Assembly: GCA_047495785.1 (NCBI GenBank) | Contig: JBLDXI010000055.1 | Span: 1,116,001 to 1,180,000, forward strand | DNA length: 64,000 bases | Origin: Lepidodermella squamata | Taxonomy: Eukaryota; Animalia; Gastrotricha | Direction: 5' to 3' | Shown: piece by piece, positions 1 through 11,495 of the stretch | Layout of the letters: every line of letters starts with the position of its first letter | Position numbering within the stretch: the first letter of the stretch is position 1 | Made by a program: the position numbers and the translations under genes | The notes under the pieces: model-generated | The model's input: only the letters and a program-made list of their open reading frames with translations | What the model was told of the DNA's origin: nothing | The model's database searches: none

Positions 1-75
1 TCGCAAAACCACATGAAACATCAGACTGATTTTTCCTGTCTTTTAGGGAATGATTAAAGTATAACCTGAACAGTT

Positions 76-501
76 ATGGAAGATGGTATCTTGGCCACTG
101 CGGTTTTGACGGGATACGAAACCTCTATAAAAAATTTGGAGGAAATAATGTGAGTCGAATGCTCATTTTCGTCAAACGGGTTACGTCATGTTTTTAATCA
201 CAGCCGAAGTCAGGAAATACTCATCGAGTCTATGCAAAATGGCATATTGAGATTGCCTCGATTAGATGCTGTTCAAGATTTGGGAAAAATGGCCCAGCGT
301 TGTGAGCTGTACACTCTGAAACTCAATACACTCCGCTCTCAAATGGCGCAATTAGGCGATCGAGTCGCAAAGTTGAAAATACGCGCCGATAAGCTTAGGA
401 AACAACGCGAAGAATCAGTCAAAAAAGCGCTGATGAAACAGCAACGAATAGCCGATATCGAACGCCAACTTGCTGATGCGCGGCAGCGTAACAATCCGTG
501 A
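76..501 (+). CDS. BLOC1S6: Pallidin / BLOC-1 subunit 6 (2 exons)
   Basis: ATG at 76 (MEDGILATAVLTGY..), short intron, then coiled-coil SQEILIESMQ..YTLKLNTLRSQM..KLKIRADKLRKQR resembling pallidin. Confidence 0.7.
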
Positions 502-632
502 TTTTATTTTCAAGTTAACGCTATTATTTGTATCAATAATTCATTCCAACGATCAATTCGGTGCTTATCTAGTAAATTTTTTCATCATGAAAATTTGGTT
601 CTTCGATAGAATTTTATTTATTTGGTTGGAAA

Positions 633-1657
633 ATGGTGGCCACCGAACGGAATGAGGGTGTACCGTACGACCCGTCTTGGTTTTCAGATTACCGCATCAA
701 CACTTCTGCCGTTAATCGGAGGGCCGGAGATTATAGTGCGAAGAGATCTGTGAAAAAGCAATGGCAGGTAAAATTTAATTTTTACTAAAATCTTTCGACT
801 ACTACTACCTACTATTTGGATAGGCCGCGTGGCTGCTTAAAGCTGTCACATGCATCGACTTGACGACCCTAAGTGGCGACGATACTTTTTCGAACGTTCA
901 ACGGCTTTGCTACAAGGCAGCTCACCCTGTTCGTTCAGATTTGATTGACGCTCTCGGCTTCGCTAAAGAAAATTTGACCACGGGAGCTGTTTGCGTGTAT
1001 CCGAACCGTGTTCCAGACTGCGTTGAGGCGCTCAAGCAGATTAAAAACGGCAACTTGGTGCCGATCGCCAGTGTTGCTACTGGTTTCCCGGCAGGTCAAA
1101 CGCCCCTTGAAACTCGGTTGAGGGAAATCGAATGGACTGTTGCCCATGGCGCCACCGAGATTGATGTTGTGATTAATCGAGAACTGGCATTGAACTCGGA
1201 TTGGAAGGGTGTATACGACGAAGTCAAGGCTATGCGCAAAGCTTGCGGTCCCGCTCATATGAAAACCATTTTAGCTGTCGGTGAACTTGGTTCGTTACGC
1301 AATGTTTATATCGCGTCGATGGTGTCCATGATGGCCGGGTCCGATTTCATAAAAACGTCGACAGGCAAAGAGGGTGTAAATGCCACGTTCCCAGTCGGCA
1401 TAACCATGTGCCGAGCGATTCGCGACTATAAAGAGCGAACTGGCGTGAAAGTTGGGTTTAAGGCAGCTGGAGGCATTCGATCGGCTAAAGACGCCGTGAA
1501 TTGGTTGATTCTGGTCAAAGAAGAACTTGGCGATGCCTGGCTTGATCCAACACTATTCCGTATTGGTGCTAGCGCTGTGTTGGTCGACATTGAGCGACAA
1601 TTATTCCACCACGTCTACGGCCGATACGCCGCAGCTCATGAATTCCCACTGGCCTAA
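633..1657 (+). CDS. DERA: Deoxyribose-phosphate aldolase (2 exons)
   Basis: MVATERNEG..KKQWQ/AAWLLKAVTCIDLTTLSGDDT, SVATGFPAGQ, DFIKTSTGKE, GFKAAGGIR, FRIGAS. Confidence 0.95.
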
Positions 1658-1830
1658 TTATAACTGATAAAACTAACAACCGGTTGATTCACTGCCACTA
1701 ATCACTGTTGAAGGCGCTAAAATAATTTTTGTGATTTTCGGATGACTTTGATTGAATATTGTACTAAAAAATGAATGATTAACTGACTATGATTTGTGTT
1801 TCTTAGATGTGTTAACCTAACATTGTTGCC

Positions 1831-4800
1831 ATGGCTCAACCGCCTCAGCAACAACAGGTCCCACCTGCCGGCAGCAGGCCACCTTTTTTGCAGGTCGCCT
1901 TCAATACACCACCGCCGGGCTTTCCACCCCCAGGTTTCATGGCCATCCCGCCTCATCTCCTGCAACCGCAACAGAATTCGACTGCTGCCGCCGCTGCGGC
2001 TGCTGCAGCGGGGCAATTTTTGTACGCGCAACAGTTGATGCAGAGCCAAATCAATGCGGCAGCATTGCAACAACTTGTCAGGCAACAACCACCTATTTTT
2101 ACCGCGCCTCCTCCACCAGCGCCGCCACGAGTTCCGGCCGAATCTCCGAAACCTACTGCGAACGGTGTGGATAAAGTTGAAGTGACAACTGCAACTGCTA
2201 GTCAAACATCAGAAGGCCAACCTGTAACAACATCGGCAGCATCGGCACCCAACCAGTCTTTTGCTTTCACCAGCGCTCCTCCGCCATTCTTCGCTGCTCA
2301 TCCCCCGCCGCCTTTCGGCATGGCTGCCGTTCCAGTCGTGATTCCACCATCGGCCATGTTGCCAACAGCGACTCGCCCTGTTCCTCGTCCGCTGACCAGT
2401 GCTACTGTTTCTAATATTCGACCTGGCCCGCGACCTCCCTATCGGCCTTCAATCTCTCAGAACGGAATAGACAGTCAACCTGGTGATCAAAATCGTAGGC
2501 GTGATGAATTTCAACAGAATTTGGTGTTCAAGGTGGACGAAGCAAAATTTATTGCTGAGAATCGTGGCAAGATCAACTCGCCTGTGAATTGGCTTCGATG
2601 CGTGCCTTATGAGCCTTATTTTCAATTTTCTCAAGTAAAATTTTTCATTCTGATGATTTACTTTTCTCAATAATTTTTCTGTCAGGATGGGAAATTGTCT
2701 CATTCACCGTACTACGACAAATTGGTAGGGGATTTCGAGCTCTGTGTTGTCGGAGCCCCCGCTAGGGTGAACAGCTCTCGAATGTTGGAGCCGCCGCCGC
2801 GACCACCCGAACTTGATGCGCTTTTCCTATCTAACGGTCATCATCATCACCATCATCATCACAATCACAAAAACGGCCGAGGTGAGGGTCGCAACCATTC
2901 ATGCCATGGTCATGGCGAATCGTCCAGCGAGAGTGGCGAAGGCTCAGACTATTGCGAAAGCAGCGGCTCGGAAAGCTCAGGCAGCGCAAGTGGTGCTGAG
3001 ACAGAATCTGGAGAGATAACCGACTCGGACAGCGATAGCTCTCACGATAGTGGGTCTCGCGGTAAAAGCCGACGTTCCGAGCTGCAGAAGAAGAACGCAA
3101 AAGATGATGCTCGCGCTGATAAAAACGCGAAGATGATTGCGGCTGAAATTGAGTGGCGCGGCCGTCACCCGGGTGCTATACACTCTGATATTTGGTTCAA
3201 TTTGAAGAATCTCGGCAACTTCGGCCCAACCTGTCGATGCAGTCAGCGAGCAAAAAGAACCGGATTCAGGCATAACATTTTCCCTCACGAAGTCTTTCCG
3301 CCAAAATGCGACCCTAATTCGAATAATCGTGAAAATTTGCGTCACTATCGCATCGAAATCAAACCGTTGACAAATTTAACATTTCAAGAATCGACAAAGA
3401 TCGGCTGGAACGATCATACTTACGTTTTCGAGGGATTCTCGCTCCTTTTCCACGGCGATGCTGCTGCTATGATACCAACCTGCTCGGTAAACAGATACGG
3501 CATAATTTACAGCCTTGATTTGATTGAAGAGCCTGTTCCAACGGTTTGTTTAACCTGCAGTAAGCTCATTGTTCTATTTATGATTTTCTCTCTTAAGGCT
3601 TTTTCTGTGGACGCTCTTGATTTCATGGCTGATTACGTTCTCAAAAATCTCTTGAATCTTTTTGAGCTGGATTGGCTGAATACTCCCGAAGACGGTTGCA
3701 GACTCGTTCACATCTTTCCGCGATTCGCTCGGAACGGCCCAGGTTTATTTCGACCATTTATTGTTGAATTTCAAGTAGTTGATTGTAGTATTGAAAAGCG
3801 AATACTAATGACTACCCACAACTCTGTAGCGCATGGGCGCAAGTCAGTGTTTTTTCAACGATAGCCACATATTTAAACATTTTGACTACTAATATCATCG
3901 CTGACTGCCATCCATGTTCAATCAGAGCATGTAGTCAATTTTTTCCCATTCAAAACACTTGATATTGTTTTTTTAATATTCCATCGGCCGTTTTTTTCAG
4001 TACACGCACTTGCATTTTTTCCACACCTTAACCCCTAATTTCATAACAATTTTTTATCATTATGCATGATTTCGTCACGCTTCAGATGGATCAAAGGAGC
4101 TGCTGTCGATCCCAATCGTCCTCATGCACTTGATCTCCAGTTTTCGACCGGTGATTCCGTTCGATCGGGCTTCTGCTGATAAACTGTCTTGCCTACCTGA
4201 CGGCGAATGGAATGATTGGCGTTTGTCGAAGCTCGGGCAACTAGTCACAAAACCCGGCTATCTTCCTGGTGCTATTCGACTTGACCAAGTCGATAGAATT
4301 CTTGTTGATAAAGAAGCCTCGAAATATGAGGTATCACTCAAGTTGTATTATCTTATCTTATTTTAACCACGCAACTTACATTTTTAGGTTCGATTATGTC
4401 ATTGGACAACCCAACCTCAGCAGATGAATTACCTGCGCAATTCATCTTACGTGCGGGCTTGGAGAAAGCTGATGAAATACCGCTATTTGCTATCAAACAA
4501 GTCTGAAATTACGAAAGCGGATCGTCAGAAGCTTCGAGAGCTTAGTGACGAGGTTTCTCGAATCCAGGCGAAAAGATCGCTTGAAGGCGTTGAAGATCGC
4601 GGTAATAATTCATCTGGAGGAAAGGGACGCCTTTTAATCGAGCTCAGCCCAACCGGGTTCTATTTTACTGGCTTGCGCACTGATATTACTGAACACGCGT
4701 TATTCCTACCGGCTATCGTTTTTCACGCTCGAGTGCACAATTCGCTGCGAGGTCTTGAGGCTAAATTGAGATATCAATTCAAAGATCGCTCGCTCTACCA

Positions 4801-6522
4801 GTTGGCGTTAACTCACTCTTCGTACACTGGACACATTGGGACGAATGTGGACCACATTCACAATACCCAGTCCAACTGTGGTGTGAGACATCCTGTTTTC
4901 GGAGATACGAACAGCAAAAATGCAAATCCTTTCAAAACCCGCCGCAAGGGTATTTCACATTTTATTTTTGAAGTTAGTAGCTCCACGCTTATTGTTTAGG
5001 TGTTGTTCAGTTGACGCAGTTGATGGCAAGCATTGATCGAGATTCGAAAGCTATAAACACCGGGGCGGATATGCACAATGAACGATTGGAGTTTCTCGGC
5101 GATGCTGTCTTGTCTTTCGTAGTGAATAGACACATTTTCTTCATGTTTCCGAATGCCAGCGAAGGCACTCTTTCAATTTACCACTCCGCGTTGGTTAGCA
5201 ACGAAAATTTCTTCCGTATCGCCAAATCTCTCGGGTTGGAGTCGTATTTGCTATACTCACACGGCCCAGATCTGTGTGTGAGATCTGCACTTGATCATGC
5301 GATGGCCAACACAGTGGAGGCTCTTCATGGTGCTATTTACCTGGAGTCGGGTCTTGAAGCGGCAGATGAAGTATTCGCCCGTCTGATTTTCGGCTCAGAG
5401 CCTACTGATAAAGATTTGCTATCCGTTTGGCAACGTGTGCCGCCTCACCCGCTCCAGGCCGAGGAGCCTACCGGTGACAGGCACTGGATTGACAAAAGCC
5501 CTGTGCTACAGCGGCTGACGAAATTGGAGGAGTCGATCGGAGTTGAGTTCACTCATATCCGCTTACTAGCCCAATCGATGGCTAACATCGACACGGCTCA
5601 CGTTTTAACCCGAGGTAACAACGAGCGTTTGGAATTTTTCGGAGATTACATTCTGCAATTGGTTGTTACTGATTACTTGTTTCATCGTTTTCCTAAACAT
5701 CACGAAGGCGGTCTCTCACTTTTACGAGCGACCCTGCTACAAGCCACTACTCAGGCGCTGATGGCTAAAGATCTCCACCTAGCTGACTACTTACTTCGTC
5801 CACGACCGATTTCTAAGAAGAAAACATTGGCTGATATTCTGGAAGCTTTCGTCGGTGCGTTGTACGTCGATAAGGGCCTCGACTTTGTCCGCGTGCTTTG
5901 CGAAGTCATGCTCTTGCCTCGTCTGCACCAAATAGTTTTAGACCAATCGTGGAACGACCCGAAATCTCGCTTGCAGATGCTGTGCATCACCCAGCGAGAC
6001 CTCGATAAAGAGCCGGACATGCCGCGGTACCGCGTTCTCGCACAAATGCCCGTCGGGCCTAACGGACCTCGCTTTGAAGTTGCCGTTTATTTCAAACGGA
6101 AACGCTTAGCGGTCGGCGTTGGCCGGTCGAAACAAGAGGCCGAAGTCGCGGCGGCTAAAAACGCCATTGATGCGCATGGCCACGAATGGGCCGAAATGCG
6201 GAGACAGGAGCGTTTACTGAGCAAAATGCGTAACGGCGATTCGGGTGGCCCGGTTGAAGATTTTGTTACCACCTTGGATACCTACGTCGAGAAACGAAAA
6301 GCCAAGGTCAAAATCAGCAGCGCGCCAACTGCTGGCGGCAAACGAGGCCGTTATGACGATTCAAGCCTGAGCTCAGACTTGAGTGGCAGCGACGATGAGC
6401 CATTCCGATTCCCAGGCCCATGCAATGACGCTAAAGAAATCGCCAAAAACACCAACGGAAAGTCGAAAAAGCGAAAAAATCGAAAGAAAAAGTCACGATT
6501 CAGCCAGGATAATAAATCGTGA
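1831..6522 (+). CDS. DROSHA: Drosha (class 2 RNase III), multi-exon
   Basis: Pro-rich N-terminus, central domain (GPTCRCS..TGFRHNIF, HIFPRFAR/DGSKELLS), two RNase III domains (HNERLEFLGDAV; NNERLEFFGD..ADILEAFVGALY), dsRBD (WNDPKSRLQ..EAEVAAAKNA). Confidence 0.95.
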
Positions 6523-6647
6523 AAAGCTTCGCGCTTTTACGTTCCATAACATTCGAAGAGGTGCAGTAGAGATCAATTTCTTTTCAACAAAATAAACAAC
6601 AGTTTTCTTTAAGGCCAACATTTTTCATTATTTTTAGATAGTTTTAT

Positions 6648-8260
6648 ATGGCTACTTATGAAGAGGATGAGCAGTCCTCATCGAGTGGCGATCAGGAGTT
6701 CGATTTTGAAGAACAATTACGGCTAGAAAAGTTAGAAAAAGAACGGTTGATTGCGAACGCTTCCGGCAGCGATGTCCCAACTTACACAGACGCAGACGGG
6801 GCTGTCTTTGAATGGGACGCCGAACGAAAAGCGTGGTTCCCCAAAGTCGACGAAGATTTCATGGCTCGGTACCAAATGAGCTACGGCGTTGCTTATGATT
6901 ACGAAAATATGCCTGGTGCATCGAATAAGCCGACTGCTGCCGCTCCGACTGACCAGGCTGAAGATGGTGCTCCTGCTGCCCCCAAGAAGAAAAAGAAGAA
7001 GGACAAAGATCTTGCGGCCCAAGCGGCCGCAGCCGCAGCTTCTAGTAACACGTGGTTCGAAGTTAATGAGGATAAAAACACCAGCGTTTATGTGTCGAAC
7101 TTACCCCTCGATTATACCGATGAGGAATTCCTCGAGCTGATGCAAAAATGCGGCATGATTTTGAACGATCCTTTCACGAAAAAGCCGAAAATAAAACTCT
7201 ACCGCAATGCAGACGGCACGTTGAAAGGTGACGGTCGCTGCTGTTATATCAAGGTCGAATCGGTGACCTTGGCAATGCAACTTATCGATGGATGGACCGT
7301 TCGAGGCGGAAATGAAGTCAAAGTTGAGCGTGCCAAATTTCAATTGAAGGGCGACGGTTTCGATGTGTCGAAGCGTAAGCGAAAGCTGACAAACAAGGAG
7401 AAACAAAAAATCAAAGAGCGACAGGAAAAGCTGTTCGACTGGCGGCCGGAAAAATTGGAAGTTGTACGAGGCCGCAACGAGCGGGTAGCCATTGTTAAAT
7501 TCATGTTCACGCCTACTGAACTCGATGTGAGATTCATTTAATAATCCTTCGTTTTTAGTATAACCATTTTTTTAGACTGACCCAGATTTATACAACGACA
7601 TCAACGACGATGTCAAAGAAGAGGCTGCCAAAGCAGGCGTTGTGAAGAAAATCCTCATCTGTGATGTACGTTGCTTAGTTATAGAAGAAAGCGTGAAATG
7701 AGAGTTAATTTTTCCAGAGACATCCGGAGGGTGTGGTGATGGTTTACTTCAAAACACCGGAAGAAGCGGACAAATGTATCACTGCATTTAACGGCCGCTT
7801 TTACGCCGGTAGAAAGCTAGAAGCATTCACCTGGGATGGTAAAACGAAGTATCACATCGAAGAAACCGAGGAGGAACGGTCTAAGCGCTTGGAAAAGTGG
7901 TACAACTTTTTGGAGCAGGCTGCAACAGTTGATGACAATGGCGACGATATTGTCGATGTACGTGCTAATGCCGCAACGCCCGCTGGATCGGATATCGATG
8001 CGGCATCGATAACAACCATTCCACCGTCATCTGAGCCGTCTATAATCTCATCGGCGGCTAGCGATGACTGCTCACTTGACACCACGGCTTCGATAGCTGG
8101 AAGCGACGTTTCCAGCGTTGTATCAGAGCCTACTAATGGCGAATCAAATGGCAAGGGGCGCAAGCGTGTGGCGCGTTTCCGGAATGCGACTGGCGATTTG
8201 TCTGATAATTCCGACGATGACGCGGCGTTTGATTCTACCGATGAAGAAGACGTTTCTTAA
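6648..8260 (+). CDS. HTATSF1: HIV Tat-specific factor 1 homolog (two RRM/UHM, U2 snRNP factor)
   Basis: EWDAERKAWFPKVDEDFMARYQMSYG, NTSVYVSNLP, GTLKGDGRCCYIKVESV, KLFDWRP, HPEGVVMV..NGRFYAGRKLEAFTWDGKTKY. Confidence 0.93.
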
Positions 8261-8360
8261 ATATTGCCTGTGTCCTTCATTTTTCTTATTAACTAAATTT
8301 CAGTCAGGTCTTTTTATCTCATTCCCCATATTCTTTTACGTAGATATTCAGTTACTTATA

Positions 8361-8663
8361 ATGGCTGTTGATTACAAGAATTTGAAGCCGCTAGATCTTG
8401 ATCAGCTCGAAACAATGTTCAAAGATCGGTATTCGGAAAAGGATGGTGACTACACTCGGACAGTCGCTTACCCACCGCCTCCCATCATTCCGGCTTGGAA
8501 TAAGGAAATAAGGGAACAGCAACGTTCACAGCCTCAAAAACGTCAATCGACCGGCGCGAGCTCGAATGATAGAGACAGCAATAGCCATAGTGACCGGAGG
8601 GATCGTGATTACCAAGACACGAGAGGTCCGAAACGATATACATCGGATTCTTCAAGGCGCTGA
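8361..8663 (+). CDS. RAMAC: RNMT-activating mini-protein (RAM/FAM103A1)-like
   Basis: 100 aa ORF from ATG 8361: LETMFKDRYSEKDGDY..PPPPIIPAWN, followed by a polar R/D/S-rich tail. Confidence 0.75.
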   Translation: MAVDYKNLKPLDLDQLETMFKDRYSEKDGDYTRTVAYPPPPIIPAWNKEIREQQRSQPQKRQSTGASSNDRDSNSHSDRRDRDYQDTRGPKRYTSDSSRR

Positions 8664-9776
8664 TATATTGAATTAGCGCCGTTTCGTCTTTCGCGTATCG
8701 TGATATTGTCCCGAATAGTCAAGAAATTGAAGTGCCGTCTGGAATACAATAGTAGTAGAAAAACAAAGTATGTGACAAATTTCATTGATTATTCTCCACC
8801 CTTGACATTATATTAGAGTAATTGATTTTTTTAGTTCGGCTGTACTTATTCGTGTTTTCGCCTGAAATCGCCGCCTTTTTCCGTGCAGCCATTTCCATCG
8901 CCGATTTTTATTGATCGGAGTGTTTTTATGATAATATTCCCTTAAAAGTGAGTTCGCTTGCTATTTTTAAGCTTGAGTGACGCGCGGCATTAGCATAATG
9001 CGATCCTCAAATTTCTCGGCCAAGCCCCTTAATTAAAGAGCTTTTCAACTGTTAGGTGACATTAATTTTCACAGTGATGGCCATCTTGACCGCCGTCTCT
9101 TTGCACCCTATGCAATCAACATCAAAACTAGCTTGAGCATCGTTTGCGAGATAAGGCTAACTTGGCTATTACGCGTTGACTAGTTGACAGCTGTTTTAAT
9201 AATAAGCCATGCTGCTAATATTTCTAACACATGGGTTGTTATAGAAACAGGCGTGGCTATCATCGTCAGTCCATCCATATCAATTGGCAGTGACCTGCAC
9301 TTTCTATTTTATTTATTTTGCATCGCGGGTGCCAAAGCGATAGTATAATAATAATAGTAATACTAACACTCATAACGCGTTGTTTCCGCTCTTCTCTATG
9401 CAATATAACGTTATTATTTCAGGTATTGGCTATAAAACTCGAGAAAAGACCCTTTTTAACGCAATCCAATCATTTTTATGGTGGCAATATGATGAAGAAA
9501 TCTTGCCGATATGGTGTGCTGATTACGCTAGTCTCTCACACTGGGCGTTGGTTACCAGCAGTGGCTTGTGCGGTCATATGGAGCGGCTGATTTTTCTATT
9601 GAAACTTACTTTAGAGATTTCGCGATTATGGCGAGCTATAGCATCATTAGGCGCGTGCGTTGTTTTCTTGTAATTTCTTTGTCTTATCTCCTTTTGAGTA
9701 ATCTAACGAATAAAACTTGATTTTGCGTGTTGTCTTCATTGATGAAAATAGGCTGTGTGATCGACTGGCAATTAAT

Positions 9777-11117
9777 ATGTTCGATTCTCGTATTCTAGTT
9801 CTACCTCACATGGCCAACTGCTTGGAGCGGCTGTTATACGAGGTTGTTACGGATGACCGCGATCATGGAGACACGAAAATTACGATACAAACTAACCTCG
9901 TTAATAAACCCGGTTCGCTCGAGAGTCTGGTTGAACTTGTGAAAACGCACAAATTAAATCCTAACTACGTCTTCAACAGTCAATTTTCTGTCACGAAACG
10001 CTGTTTCGGAAAACCATTGCTCTACCTGGCCATTACGTTTGATCGAGCTGATATCGTGAGGATGCTCCTTAGCAAAGATGTTGGAGCTTCTCCAAATTGC
10101 TCGCGGGAACCTTACACCTTCGAAAGCCTGGACGATGATCCATTCAAACGAACGGCCATTTTTCAAAGCCTTTCCATGTCCAGCACAGATATTTTTAGTG
10201 TAATGAAAATGAGATTTTTTTGAATTTTTCAATAATTTATTGTTAAATTTAGATGCTATTGAATGCTCCCGGCGGTGTCGACGCAACTGCTGTTGACTCT
10301 TATAATTGCTCTTTATTATGGCACGCTGTGAATATGGGTCACGTTGACAAGGTTCATGCTTTACTTAAATCGCCGTTTGGCTCTAAACTTGTCAACTTGC
10401 CTGATCGCTGCGGATTGAGGCCACTGCATATTTCTGCCATCAACAACGATAGCAATACCGCTGAGCTCTTACTAAACTATGGAGCCATTGTAGATGCGAC
10501 TCAGTATGAGGGCGCAACAGCTCTGTGCATCGCGGCGAAACGTGGAGCTGTCAATGTTATTAAGGTGAAACTTTTGAATTGAATTGTGGATTTTAGTCAT
10601 CAAAGATAGTTTGTGACATATTAGGCTAGAATGAAATATTTTTTTAACTCTCGTTTGAAATATATCTCTATTTCAGACATTGTTGAAGCATGGCGCTAAC
10701 CCAAATCATTCCCCGGTCGACAGCTTTGCATTAGAGAGGCAAAGATCAGCTTTCGCTGATATAACACAAGACTACTACAAACGGTGCCGATCGAATCAGT
10801 CGACTATCACACCCGGCGTTTTGGCTGTTCAAGCGGGACCTTTTCGAAAAACCCCTGAACAAATCATAGAAACATTCATGATGTTACTTGCCTGTGGCGC
10901 TGTTGTGCCTCGATGCGCTCTGCCTTCGTTTTTGCCGCCCTGGTTGGTGGAGAAAGCCAGATCGCCGTCAAGCCTTCAAATTCTCAGTGCCTTGTCGGTA
11001 CGCAAGGCGCTTATGAGCTATGGACGGGGTCGTAGCGTAAAGCAACTTTCGTTTAATCTTGTGGGCACTATTCCCGAGCCTTTGATTAAGTTTATTTGCT
11101 TTGACTTTCTCAAGTAA
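9777..11117 (+). CDS. Ankyrin-repeat and SOCS-box protein, copy 1 (3 exons)
   Basis: Ankyrin repeats (GLRPLHISAINND, GATALCIAAKRG); C-terminal SOCS-box-like PSSLQILSALSVRKAL..IPEPLIKFICFD. Confidence 0.8.
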
Positions 11118-11495
11118 TGTGATTATTTGCAGCCATTTTTCAATCTTTCAACAACTCAAAAGCTTGTTGATTTCGTGGATGATATGCTCATCTGTAACAT
11201 CATCACACATGTGAAATTTCTCCAAATATTGAGATCTCAGTTGTTTTATTTGTTTGTTTTTTTTCAAATTATTACGGAATAGATTTGCGTCCATTGCATA
11301 TCTGAATGTTCTGAGCTTTTGTTGTGATATATTTGGGTTTTTAATAATATTATTTGATGGCGCAGGGGCTGCTTGTTGATACCATTTGTAAAATTGATGA
11401 TGCCTACTAATTTTTTAACAAAATACCCATTTTTCTCATCAAAATCTGAATAAATTACAAGTTTTTTATTCAATTTCGTAGACAATTTACTGAAA

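Noticed and set aside
4026-4032. CCTTAAC U12-type branch motif in the Drosha intron
   Set aside because: No RTATCCTT donor and too far from the acceptor; probably chance
8118-8360. N-terminal extension of the 181-aa ORF
   Set aside because: Alternative frame of the HTATSF1 end plus intergenic DNA; RAM similarity starts at ATG 8361
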